DNA of 64,000 nt from Promethearchaeota archaeon (GCA_048937405.1 JBHLNF010000002.1:480001-544000), one strand, 5' to 3'; counted from the first letter of the stretch, positions 9,609 to 19,529 are shown. Program-made: numbers and translations. Notes: generated by a model from the sequence alone, not told the origin.

Positions 9609-11891
9609 TTACATAATTTTTATTTTTAAATCAATATCAGTTATTGTATTTAAATAATACATGTTTAATAGGGAGAGTAACCAAGCTAATGTGGATTCTG
9701 CTCCTTGGTTTCTATCTATTCCTGTGGACGATAAACCATCGTAACAACCTCCCGTTTGATAATTATAAATAGAAAGATTTAGATCATTGAAGCCCAAGAA
9801 CCATTCTAAACAGCTGCGTGCTTTTAAAACCCATTTAGTATCTTGAGTGACTTTAAAAGCCTCTATACATGCTTCAAGAATACTGTAAGCCTCTAAAGGT
9901 TGTTGATCAAATTTTGCTTTTTCGCCATCTTTAGGATACCATCCCATATTCCCAATAGGAGAAAATTGTCCCTTTTCATTGGTTTGAATATTTAATAACC
10001 AGTCTAATGATTTTAGTCCAGCTTTAACCATGTCTCCTCTTTGTAACCATTGTCCAGACATTAATAATGCTTGAGGAATTTTACCATTATCATAAGTGAC
10101 AATGTTATCGATCCATGGCCAATTATCTTGAGCATTTTGACTGTACATGTTAAATAATTTATTTGCAATATTCTTTCTAAATCTTTTAATTTTACGATCT
10201 CCACTAAACCTTATTAAATAAGCATGAATACCTATTAAACCAAATGCTAATGAACGTGTATATGTGAAATCTGATAAAGTTTCAACAGCTTTTTCAAATA
10301 TTTCCAATGCCACATTACTATATTCCTTATTTTTAGATAAACCAATTGCATAACCTAAGCTTAAAACAGCACGCCCATGACTATCTTCAGATCCCATTTC
10401 TTCAATCCATTTCCTATCATAACTCATAAAATTTCGAAATCTTTTGTTGTCTTCATTAAAAGCATGTAATATAAAACTTAAATATCGATCACCTTGATCT
10501 TTTAGAGATTTATCTCCGATTGATAGATTTTCAGCCAGTAATACAGTAATTAATGCTCTCGCATTATCATCGCTACAATATCCATGATTTCGATTAGGTA
10601 TAATATAATTAGAATGTTGTAAAATACCAACATCATCTGTTAAACGTATTAAATGATCGAACTTTGGATAAGGCATCTCAAATGGTGAAGATCTCAATGT
10701 TTTCCTTTTTGCATTACTTAATGGAACGGATAATCGATTTTTTACCACTTTTTCAAAAATATCTAAATATTCCATAGCAACTTCTTTCCAAATCATTTTC
10801 CTAGAAAAAAGATATGCTTGTTTACGCATATTATGCCTGTCAACTTCATTATCTAATAAAAAAATAACCTTTTCAGCTATAAACTTGGAATCTCCGAAAG
10901 GTACAATAAATCCTTTTCCATCAGCTAAAATTTCCTCGGCATACCAATATGGTGTCGATATTATGGCTTTACCTGCACCAAGTGCATAAGATAGAGTTCC
11001 TGAAACAACTTGTTCTTTATTTAAATACGGTGTGATATAGATATCAGCAACACCTAAAAATTCGCACAATTCATCTAATTCCACAAATCTATTGTAAAAA
11101 ATTACATTATCTTCTACACCAAGTTCTCTAGCTTTTCTTTGAAGAAAATGACGATATGCTTCCCCAAGCTCTTTTTTTATATTTGGATGAGTTTCTCCTA
11201 ATATTATATATACTACATTAGGGTGTATCTTTATAATTTCTGGTAATGCGTCAATAACGAATTCTATTCCTTTATTAGGATTAATTAAACCAAAGGTTAA
11301 AATTACTTTTTTTCCTTCTACTCCAAATTGATCTTTATAAAAATTAGGATCTATAAATTGTAAATCGGGAATCCCATGATAAATAAAAGAAATTTTTTCT
11401 AAGGGAACATTGTAAACCTCTCTTAAAAATTCCTCTGATTTTTTACTCATAACGACTAGCTGATCAGAAAATCTTGCAATTGTATTAATTATTCTTTTCT
11501 GTTGTGCACTCGGATTTGGCAAAAGACTATGAAATGTAGTAATAATTGGTATCTTCAAATTTTGAATTAAATTCAAAATATAATTACCCTGATCTCCTCC
11601 ATATATTCCAAATTCATGTTGTAATGAAACAATCTCAACTTTATTTACATTAACAAATTCCGCGGCTAATTTATAATCTGCTAAAGAATTTGCATCCAAT
11701 TCGAAGCGAACTTGTTTGAGATAAGGATAACCTTGAGGAATATCATTCATTGCAATAGCCCAACAATCGATATTACTCCCTTCATTTGATACTGCTTCCA
11801 ATAGATCATGAGTAAATGTAGCAATTCCACATCTTCTTGGAAGATAATTCCCTATAAACGCAATACTTTTAAGTTTCGTGAATTTCTCCAT
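9609..11891 (-). CDS. GT4 glycosyltransferase fused to a C-terminal helical glycosidase-like domain
   Basis: YLPRRCGIATF, GLINPNKGIE, SGTLSYALG; C-terminal GILQH, YCSDDNARAL, FDQQPLE, NQGAESTL. Confidence 0.88.
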   Translation of the reverse strand: MEKFTKLKSIAFIGNYLPRRCGIATFTHDLLEAVSNEGSNIDCWAIAMNDIPQGYPYLKQVRFELDANSLADYKLAAEFVNVNKVEIVSLQHEFGIYGGDQGNYILNLIQNLKIPIITTFHSLLPNPSAQQKRIINTIARFSDQLVVMSKKSEEFLREVYNVPLEKISFIYHGIPDLQFIDPNFYKDQFGVEGKKVILTFGLINPNKGIEFVIDALPEIIKIHPNVVYIILGETHPNIKKELGEAYRHFLQRKARELGVEDNVIFYNRFVELDELCEFLGVADIYITPYLNKEQVVSGTLSYALGAGKAIISTPYWYAEEILADGKGFIVPFGDSKFIAEKVIFLLDNEVDRHNMRKQAYLFSRKMIWKEVAMEYLDIFEKVVKNRLSVPLSNAKRKTLRSSPFEMPYPKFDHLIRLTDDVGILQHSNYIIPNRNHGYCSDDNARALITVLLAENLSIGDKSLKDQGDRYLSFILHAFNEDNKRFRNFMSYDRKWIEEMGSEDSHGRAVLSLGYAIGLSKNKEYSNVALEIFEKAVETLSDFTYTRSLAFGLIGIHAYLIRFSGDRKIKRFRKNIANKLFNMYSQNAQDNWPWIDNIVTYDNGKIPQALLMSGQWLQRGDMVKAGLKSLDWLLNIQTNEKGQFSPIGNMGWYPKDGEKAKFDQQPLEAYSILEACIEAFKVTQDTKWVLKARSCLEWFLGFNDLNLSIYNYQTGGCYDGLSSTGIDRNQGAESTLAWLLSLLNMYYLNTITDIDLKIKIM

Positions 11892-12236
11892 GATAATTAA
11901 GATCCCTACAATTTTATTATGATTTTTTTTAATAGGAAAATTGTTTTCACTAAAATAAATAGCTAGACTTCAAATCTATATTCTGATAATACACTAAATA
12001 TAATAAAGATTGTTGATAGAGAGTGTTTATTATTTCTATTTTAAAATAATAAACTTTTAAATTTATCTCTTTTAATTTTTTAATAGCCAAATATTAATTT
12101 ACCTTCTATTGAAGTTATATCCAAATAGATTCTTCTAATTTTTTGCTATTCTTTTTAAATTTTCTTTTTTTTTTTAAGATAATAGAATTTCATCTTATAC
12201 TTTCACTATATTTATCGGATTACTATGATTTTTTGC

Positions 12237-12385
12237 GAAGAATTGAATGATTAGATTGTGATAGGAAGGAATAAGGTATTTAAAGAACAAAAAACGGTTG
12301 ATTTATCTGAATTAATCAATGAAATCTATTAGATTATCAATCAATTCAGTGATAATAAATTTGATGAATAAAAATTTTATTCTAT
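12237..12385 (+). pseudogene. hisS: Decayed duplicate of the hisS 3' end (right repeat copy)
   Basis: Translates EELND*IVIGRNKVFKEQKTVDLSELINEIY*IINQFSDNKFDE* versus HisS EELTNGTVVIRNMVSEEQKNVDLSELINEIYDIIDQFSDRKFE*. Confidence 0.9.
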
Positions 12386-12425
12386 TATATCAGAATTTAT
12401 AATAAAAAGTTAATTTTGGCTAATC

Positions 12426-13346
12426 ATGAATTTTATAGATGAATTAATCCGAGCAATAAGAGAAAAGAAAAGTGTAGTGTGTATGGGGCTTGATCCCAGA
12501 ATGGATCATGAGGGAGAAATTCCTCAATTTTTAATTGAAGAATTCCAAGAACCAAATAAAATTATAACCGAATTTAATAAAATCTTGATAGAGAACACTT
12601 ATGATATAATCCCAGTTGTTAAACCTCAAATGGCGTTTTATGAAAAATATGAAGCTTTAGATGCTTTAAAAGAAACCATAAAAGTTGCACATCAAAATGA
12701 TTTATTAGTAATTTTAGATGCGAAGCGAAATGATATTGGAAGCACTTCTGAAGCATATGCTTATTCAGTGTTTAAAAATTTTAACGCAGATGCATGCACA
12801 ATTAATGCCTATTTAGGTTTTGATGGAGTTAAACCCTTTTTAGATTACAAAGAAAAAGGAATTTTTGCCCTTGTTAAAACATCAAATCCTAGTAGTGCTG
12901 AATTTCAAGATTTATTTAGTATTAAATTGGATGAGATTCCTACTAATATAACTGAATACAAAATAGAAAATAAGATTTTGAAGAGAAATTATATTAATCT
13001 TGCTGAGCTAATATATGAATGGAGTAAAAAACTTGATAAATTTTCCAATTTTACTAATCTTGGTGTTGTAGTAGGAGCAACATTTCCTCAAGAATTAAAA
13101 ATTATACGAGATATTGTTAAAAATTCATTCATTTTAATACCGGGTTATGGAGCTCAAGGTGCTCAAGCAAAAGATATTAAATTTGGATTTTATGAAAAGG
13201 GATTAGGTGGAATTGTAAATTCTTCAAGAAACATAATTTATGCTTATAATAAAAGTGATAATTTTTCTCAAGAGAATTTTGGAAAAGCAGCAAGAGAGGA
13301 AATTATCGAAATGAGCAAAAAAGTCAATAAAGAAATATTAATATAA
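12426..13346 (+). CDS. pyrF: Orotidine-5'-phosphate decarboxylase
   Basis: CMGLDP, KPQMAFYE, DAKRNDIGST, GVVVGAT, PGYGAQG, NSSR. Confidence 0.96.
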   Translation: MNFIDELIRAIREKKSVVCMGLDPRMDHEGEIPQFLIEEFQEPNKIITEFNKILIENTYDIIPVVKPQMAFYEKYEALDALKETIKVAHQNDLLVILDAKRNDIGSTSEAYAYSVFKNFNADACTINAYLGFDGVKPFLDYKEKGIFALVKTSNPSSAEFQDLFSIKLDEIPTNITEYKIENKILKRNYINLAELIYEWSKKLDKFSNFTNLGVVVGATFPQELKIIRDIVKNSFILIPGYGAQGAQAKDIKFGFYEKGLGGIVNSSRNIIYAYNKSDNFSQENFGKAAREEIIEMSKKVNKEILI

Positions 13347-13347
13347 T

Positions 13348-13767
13348 TTATAGGATAGTTCCTCCTAAAGATTGACCAATTAAATACATAGCGAATATAA
13401 TTGGTCCTGCGACAAAGATAACCACAACAAAAGATTTTTTTAACCCTATTTTATGAATTACATTTATTACGTTTAAATCTATAAAAATAGAGAAAATACT
13501 TAGAACAATAACAATTACTATGACCTCTCCCTCAATTTTTCCTATCATACCATATAAAATCACAGGAGAAGCAATAAAGAAAATAATTCCAAATTGTATA
13601 CCAAAACTACCAGCTACCCATTTCATCTTTCTTTTTTCTTGAGCATTAGTAATAATTAAGGTGAGTTTCAAAAGTAAAATATCTATAAGGATTAACGCGA
13701 TTATTATAGCAATTAGTCCTGGTGGTTCCATTTCGGAAAAAGGGTCAAAAAACATAAAAATCTCCAA
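13348..13767 (-). CDS. Small integral membrane protein (about 4 TM)
   Basis: Four long hydrophobic stretches. Confidence 0.7.
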   Translation of the reverse strand: MEIFMFFDPFSEMEPPGLIAIIIALILIDILLLKLTLIITNAQEKRKMKWVAGSFGIQFGIIFFIASPVILYGMIGKIEGEVIVIVIVLSIFSIFIDLNVINVIHKIGLKKSFVVVIFVAGPIIFAMYLIGQSLGGTIL

Positions 13768-13948
13768 CAGGACAAATCTTTTTAGATATTAAAAAATTGA
13801 TTTATTTTAAAAATAATTTTTAACTATAAGAAACATTTTATTAAAACAATTTAAATTTATTTAATTAGCTTTATCATTTAGAATTATTATAAAATTAAAA
13901 TTATCAAATTGGAGGAACAAAATAAAAAAAAATAGAAGGTAATAGGCA

Positions 13949-15928
13949 ATGGTAGAAACTAAAGATGAAACAGTTCAATACGAAGAAGAAACACCAAGGA
14001 TTGCTGTATTTATATGTCAGTGAGGTATAAACATTGCTGAAACTATTGATACTAAAAGCTTAGTAGAATTTTCAAAAACACTTCCAGGAGTGGTTGAAGC
14101 TTTAGAGTACATAAGTCTATGAACTGAAGCTGGTGCAGAATTTATAAAAGAAAAAATGAATGAGAGTAATGCAAATAGATTAGTAGTTGCATCATGTACT
14201 CCCAAAACGCATGAACCGGTTTTTAAAAGTGTTTTGGAATCAATGGGTACTGATTCATCTTACTTGGAATTTGCAAATATTCGTGAACATGCTAGTTTTG
14301 TGCATAAAAAAGATAAAAAAGGGGCTCAAAAAGTTGCAGAAGATATAATTCGATCTGCGGTGGCAAGAGCTTCTGTGTTGGAAAAAATAATCGTTAAGGA
14401 AGTAGATATTACAAAGAAAGCTTTAATTATAGGTGGAGGAGTAGCAGGATTATCTGCAGCTATCGATCTTGCTGAAGAAGGATTTGAAGTATATTTAGTA
14501 GAAAGAAGTCCTACAATAGGAGGTAAAATGGCTAAATTGGATCGAACATTTCCTACAGATGATTGCAGTATATGAATATTAGGTCCTGTTATGCTCCAAG
14601 CAGCAAGAACTCCAAGACTGAATCTATATACTTATAGTGAAGTTGAAGAGGTATCGGGATTTGTAGGTAATTTTAATGTAAAAATAAGAAAAAATGCTCG
14701 ATATGTTACTAATGACTGTAACGGTTGTGGAGCTTGTTTTGAAGTGTGTCCCGCTTTTGGATATAATGAATTCAATGAGGGAATGGATTCAAGAAAAGCT
14801 ATTTATATTGCATTTGCTCAGGCAGTCCCTTCTTTAGCCCAAATAGATATGGATAGGTGCATCAAATGTGGATTGTGTAAAAGTGCATGTGAAGTAGATG
14901 CGATAGATTTCGATCAAAAAGATGAAATTATCGACTTAGAAATCGGATCAATCATAGTGGCAACTGGTTGGGATGAATTTGAACCTCCAATAGGTTATTT
15001 AGGGTATAATAAATATCCTAATGTAATTACTCAACTCAAACTTGAAAGAATGTTAGCGCCGAATGGACCAACAATAGGTCATTTGAAAAGACCTTCTGAT
15101 GGGAAAGTACCAAAAAAGATATTATTCATTCAGTGTGTTGGATCACGGGATTTAAACATGAATACTTATTGCAGTTCTGGAGTTTGTTGCATGATTTCTA
15201 TTAAAAACAGTAAATTAATTAAACAACATTATCCTGAAACAGACATTACGGTTGCTTACATGGATATGCGAGCTGCAGGGAAAGACTATGAAGAATATTT
15301 TACGCTTTCAAGAAAAGAAGGAATAAAATATATTAGAACAAATGTCAGCAAGATAAAAGAAGATCCAAATACTCACAATCTGAAAATAGTTATGCAAAAT
15401 ACTTTAAGTTCAGGTGGATTGAAGGAATTAGAATATGATTTAGTTGTGCTTTCTGCTTCTATGGTCCCTGCTATTGGAGTTGAATCAATTCAGAAAATAC
15501 TAAAATTAGAAACTAGTCAGGATGGGTTCTTTAAAGAATTTCATGCTAGATTAAATCCGATCGATACAAAAATTCCCGGAATTGCTTTAGCAGGAGTAAG
15601 TCAAGGTCCAAAATCTATAGTAGAATCTATAGCTCAAGGGAGAGCTGCAGCATCCTCACTTGCTAGACTCATGGTTAAAGATAAGTATCGTATTTTGCTG
15701 ATACGTGCCTCTGTAGATAAAGAACGGTGTGCCAAATGTGGGTTATGTGAGTTAAATTGCCCTTATAATGCAATTAATTTGACTGAAGATGGAGCTGAAG
15801 TAAATGAAATTTTATGTAGGGGATGTGGAACGTGTTTAGCTAATTGTCCTTCAGAAGCTATAACTCTTCGATATTATCGTGAACCTCAATATGAGAAACA
15901 GATAGATGCAATTTTAGAAGAAATATAG
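13949..15928 (+). CDS. hdrA: Heterodisulfide reductase subunit A, selenoprotein with 3 Sec (U25, U58, U209), 659 aa
   Basis: One frame from ATG 13949, with TGA at 14021 (FICQUG), 14120 (ISLUT) and 14573 (DDCSIUILGP), all at Cys-equivalent positions. Joins ORFs 14156-14575 and 14591-15928. FAD motif GGGVAG and several ferredoxin-type Cys clusters. Confidence 0.93.
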
Positions 15929-15941
15929 GGAGGTAACATAA

Positions 15942-16406
15942 ATGACTATTAATGGTAATGTTAAGATTTTAGCATTTTTATGTTGGAAGTGAGGATATGG
16001 TGCAGGAGATATGGCAGGTACAATCAGAGCACAATATCCTGCTACATTAAGACCAATAAGGATTAATTGCAGTGGTAGAGTTACCCCTAGTTTAATGATG
16101 AGAGCAATTGGTAAAGGAGCAGATGGAGTAGCAATTGGAGCTTGATATAAAGGTGAATGTGATTATGAAACTGGAAACCTAGTTGCTGAAAGAAATGTTG
16201 TTTACACTAAAGAAATTTTAAAGACCATCGGAATTTCCCCAGAGAGAGTACAAATGTTTAATTGCAGTGCCGCTGAGGGACAAAAATTTCAAGATGAAGC
16301 TACTCGTATCTCAAATACAATCCAAAACTTAGGAAGCAATCCACTTAAAGATTCTGTTAATCCTAAGAAAGAGGAGAAAGAATCTAACAAGAAAAAAACC
16401 GAATAG
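15942..16406 (+). CDS. mvhD: F420-non-reducing hydrogenase Fe-S subunit D, selenoprotein with 2 Sec (U17, U68), 154 aa
   Basis: GGAGGT SD; ILAFLCWKUGYGAGDMAG...INCSGRV...GADGVAIGAUYKGECDY...CSAAEG; TGA at 15990 and 16143; stop TAG at 16404. Missed by the ORF track. Confidence 0.93.
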
Positions 16407-16477
16407 AATGACCTTTTCAAGAAAAAATTAGTTGATTAGGGACTGACCTTGTGAGGGATTCGGAAATGATTTCTATT
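16402..16477 (+). promoter_or_regulatory. Eukaryote-like SECIS element
   Basis: Helix I aatagaa/ttctatt; AUGA (16408-11) with GA (16457-58) core; helix II ccttttcaag/cttgtgagg; unpaired A run; apical mini-stem ttagtt/gactga. Confidence 0.8.
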
Positions 16478-16577
16478 ATTTTTAACTTATATTAGAAATT
16501 TTATATCTTTCTTTTAACTTTTTATTTTAAATTTAATTTTGTAAATTAAATTATTTTTTTATTTTTGTGATTTTAAG

Positions 16578-17876
16578 ATGGGAAAAGATGCTGAAAAACT
16601 ATTAAATAAGGCGGAGCAGCTTTATAATGCAATGGCATACAAACGGGCAGCAAAACTATTTCATTCTGCTGGGGATACTTTCTTAAAATTAGGAGAATAT
16701 GAACTTGCAGAACAGAGTTTTTTTAATGCTGCTAAATCCGCGATAAATGAGGAAAAATATTTAAAAGGAGTAGAATTTTTGAGATATGCTGGCAATGCCT
16801 TTCTCTTTAATAATGATTTCTCAGAAGCTTATCAAATATTTAAGGAAGCATTAAATTATATCCCTACTTTAAAACACAACTTAGATAAAAATTTTCTATT
16901 TACATTATTTTCAAGTTTATCTTATTTATGTTTATTTTTAGAAGGAAAACAAGAAGAAGGTTTGAATATAATAAAAAAAAATAGAAAAAATATCGAAGAT
17001 ACTTATTTTAAAGAAAATTATTTAATTAAACTGATAAAAGATATCGAAGTAGCCACAAAAGATATAAATGAAGATTATGTGAAAAAAATCGAAAGTGAAT
17101 TTGATCCAACTTATCTTCTTGAAGGAGAAATAATTTTAGTTAAAAATGCTTTAGTTTTAGCTAAATCCATTGTATCCTTAATCATCAGTTTATCTCTAGA
17201 CAAAAAATCGTATACTACAAATGATAGTATTAACTTAAAAATTGATATTAATACTAAACCACTTGTAAATATGAAAAAACAATCTTTTTATAAATATGAT
17301 CTAAAAGAATTAAAAATTACCAAGATTGGATTACAGCTCTCCGATAACTTTACACTTCATAAAAAACCAGAATTACCAATTACTATTCTTGCTGGTCAGA
17401 GTCATCAATTAGATATATTAATTAAACCCCACTTTCAAATGGAGAAACCTTTTATTGGACCTCTCTTATTAACTTCAGAAATCGATGGAATTTTCAAATT
17501 TCTCTATGAATCTCCAGACATATTCTATCCCACTTTAATATCTCCTCCTCCAACTTTAGATATTATCTTAAAAAATTTAAGACCACCCCTTATTGGTCAA
17601 ACTTTTCCTATAGAAATCCTTATTGAAAATAAAAGTGAGGGAGAAGCTTTAGATCTTAATATTGAAGTGGAATTTCCTGAAAATCTTAAGGTTATGAGAG
17701 GAACATTAAAAAAACAAATATATTCACTTAGACAAAATGAAAATATTAAATGGGAAATTAGTCTAAAACCACTAGAAGCGGGAGATTATTCTATTAAGAT
17801 AAAAGCACTATTTAAAGATCCTGATCAGAATCAAATTGGAGAGATTAAAGATTTCCCTCTTTCAATAAAATTATAA
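16578..17876 (+). CDS. TPR/SNAP-like solenoid plus C-terminal Ig-like domains
   Basis: Helical repeats YKRAAKLFHSAG and YELAEQSFFNAA; C-terminal IEILIENKSEGEALDLNIEVEFP...PLEAGDYSIKI. Confidence 0.7.
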   Translation: MGKDAEKLLNKAEQLYNAMAYKRAAKLFHSAGDTFLKLGEYELAEQSFFNAAKSAINEEKYLKGVEFLRYAGNAFLFNNDFSEAYQIFKEALNYIPTLKHNLDKNFLFTLFSSLSYLCLFLEGKQEEGLNIIKKNRKNIEDTYFKENYLIKLIKDIEVATKDINEDYVKKIESEFDPTYLLEGEIILVKNALVLAKSIVSLIISLSLDKKSYTTNDSINLKIDINTKPLVNMKKQSFYKYDLKELKITKIGLQLSDNFTLHKKPELPITILAGQSHQLDILIKPHFQMEKPFIGPLLLTSEIDGIFKFLYESPDIFYPTLISPPPTLDIILKNLRPPLIGQTFPIEILIENKSEGEALDLNIEVEFPENLKVMRGTLKKQIYSLRQNENIKWEISLKPLEAGDYSIKIKALFKDPDQNQIGEIKDFPLSIKL

Positions 17877-17927
17877 ATTCTATTTGTTTTATAATCTTCA
17901 TCTTAAAATAAAAATTGAGAAATTTTA

Positions 17928-19496
17928 ATGAAACTAAAAGTTAAAGAAATTAATTTTGAAACAGGCAATCCTAAAGATATTGTCTTAAACATCAAAGATG
18001 CTAAAGAATTGGGTCAAAAAGCAGGAGAACGGGTCTTTATTAAAAATCTAAAATCAAAATCTTTGGAAGATAAATATTGGGTTGCTATTATTCAAATTGA
18101 TTATTTAGGCACCATTGTTAAATCTGGAGAAATAGGGTTATTTCTTAACCTGTTAAGAGAAAAAAAAGATTTAAAAAATGAAATGCTCGTCTCAGTAAAA
18201 CCAGCAGATCCTCCCGATTCATTTAGATTTATTCAAAAAAAGATCAAAGGGAATAAAATAACTAGCGAAGAAATTAACAGTATTATTAATGACGCAGTCT
18301 CAGGTTCCTTATCGAGGATTGATTTGGCTGCTTTCATAACAGCTGTATCGATTAAAGGAATGGATAATGAGGAAATGACCGCTTTAACCTTATCAGAAAC
18401 AAAAAGTGGAGAAATTTTTTATTTCGGAATGGACGTCTACGATAAACATAGCACAAAAATTTACATTTAGTAAATTTTGTTAAAAGGTGGCGTTCCAGGA
18501 AATAAAGTTTCATTGATAATTGTTCCAATTATTGCTGCAGCGGGATTAACAATTCCAAAATCATCAACAAGAGCTATCACATCCCCTTCAGGTACAGCAG
18601 ATTCAATGGAAGTTTTAGCTCCTGTATCTTTCTCTCCAGATGAGCTAAAAAAAATTGTAGCCGATCAAAATGCGTGTATAATATGGGGTGGTGCTCTTGA
18701 AACTGCACCGGCAGATAATATATTAATAGAAATTGAGCGTCCTTTACATATGGATCCTATTGGTCTTATGATACCTTCTATTTTAACAAAAAAGCTTTCG
18801 TTGGGGGTTAAAAAGCTAGTTCTTGATATTCCTGTTGGAGAGGGAACTAAATTTATTACGACTGATAAAGGAAAGCAATTTGCATACTTATTTAAAGAAA
18901 TCGCAGCAAATGTTGGAATTGAGGCAGAGTGTGCTTTAACTTTAGCTCATCAACCAATAGGTCATGCTGTAGGTCCTGCTCTTGAAGCAAAAGAAGCTCT
19001 TACATTATTACGTGATTATTCTACTGGACCTAATTCCTTAATAGAAAAGTCTACAGACCTAGCAGGGATGCTACTAGAAATGGGTGGGAAAGCTCAAAAG
19101 GGGATGGGACAAACTCTAGCAAAAGATATATTACGGACTGGAAAAGCCTATGAAAAAATGAAAAAAATTATTGAAGCACAAGGGGGAAATCCTGAAATAA
19201 TACCTGAAGATATCGAATTAGGACCCTATGTTAAAGATTTTTATTCTTCAAAAGATGGTTATATTGTTGATGTTAATAACGCACTCATTAATCAAATTGC
19301 AAAAACTGCTGGGTGTCCTAACTCAAAAACTTCAGGAGTAGTAATTATAAAAAAACAGGGAGCAAAAATTAAGGAAGGAGAACTCGTGTTTAAAATATAT
19401 TCCCATAGTGAATCAAAATTAAGAAAAGCAGAAAAGATATATAATGCTACAGGAGGTCCTATTAGGTTAGGTGGAATGGTGATTGAAAGAGTCTAA
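17928..19496 (+). CDS. deoA: AMP phosphorylase (thymidine phosphorylase family), interrupted by a 30-nt intron; spliced product 512 aa
   Basis: Exons 17928-18454 and 18485-19496 give DKHSTGGVPGNK; also PKSSTRAITSPSGTADSMEVL and LDIPVG; N-terminal extension typical of archaeal AMP phosphorylase. Confidence 0.9.
18455..18484 (+). other. Putative archaeal BHB/BHL-type intron in a protein-coding gene
   Basis: UAGC/GUUA 4-bp helix, ACA and AAA 3-nt bulges, perfect 9-bp intron stem with 5-nt loop; contains in-frame TAG TAA. Confidence 0.8.
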
Positions 19497-19529
19497 TAAA
19501 TTTAATTTCAACCAATTTTCAATAAGTTC

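Larger units (their letters stand above)
1840..12385. mobile_element. Putative genomic island inserted at the hisS 3' end (no integrase visible)
   Basis: Bounded by the duplicated hisS 3' end; accessory cargo lies between hisS and pyrF. Confidence 0.65.

Noticed and set aside
13949-16406. Genome-wide UGA reassignment or pseudogenisation of hdrA/mvhD
   Set aside because: TGA ends ordinary genes (e.g. 3319, 61681), TGG encodes Trp, all five TGAs fall on Cys positions, and a SECIS follows
18455-18484. Stop readthrough, pyrrolysine, or a true two-gene split of AMP phosphorylase
   Set aside because: Two consecutive stops (TAG TAA) and 10 extra codons would sit inside the phosphate-binding motif, and the second ORF's TTG start lies in a hairpin with no SD. 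Precise BHB-rule excision explains the data better; a pseudogene remains the residual alternative.
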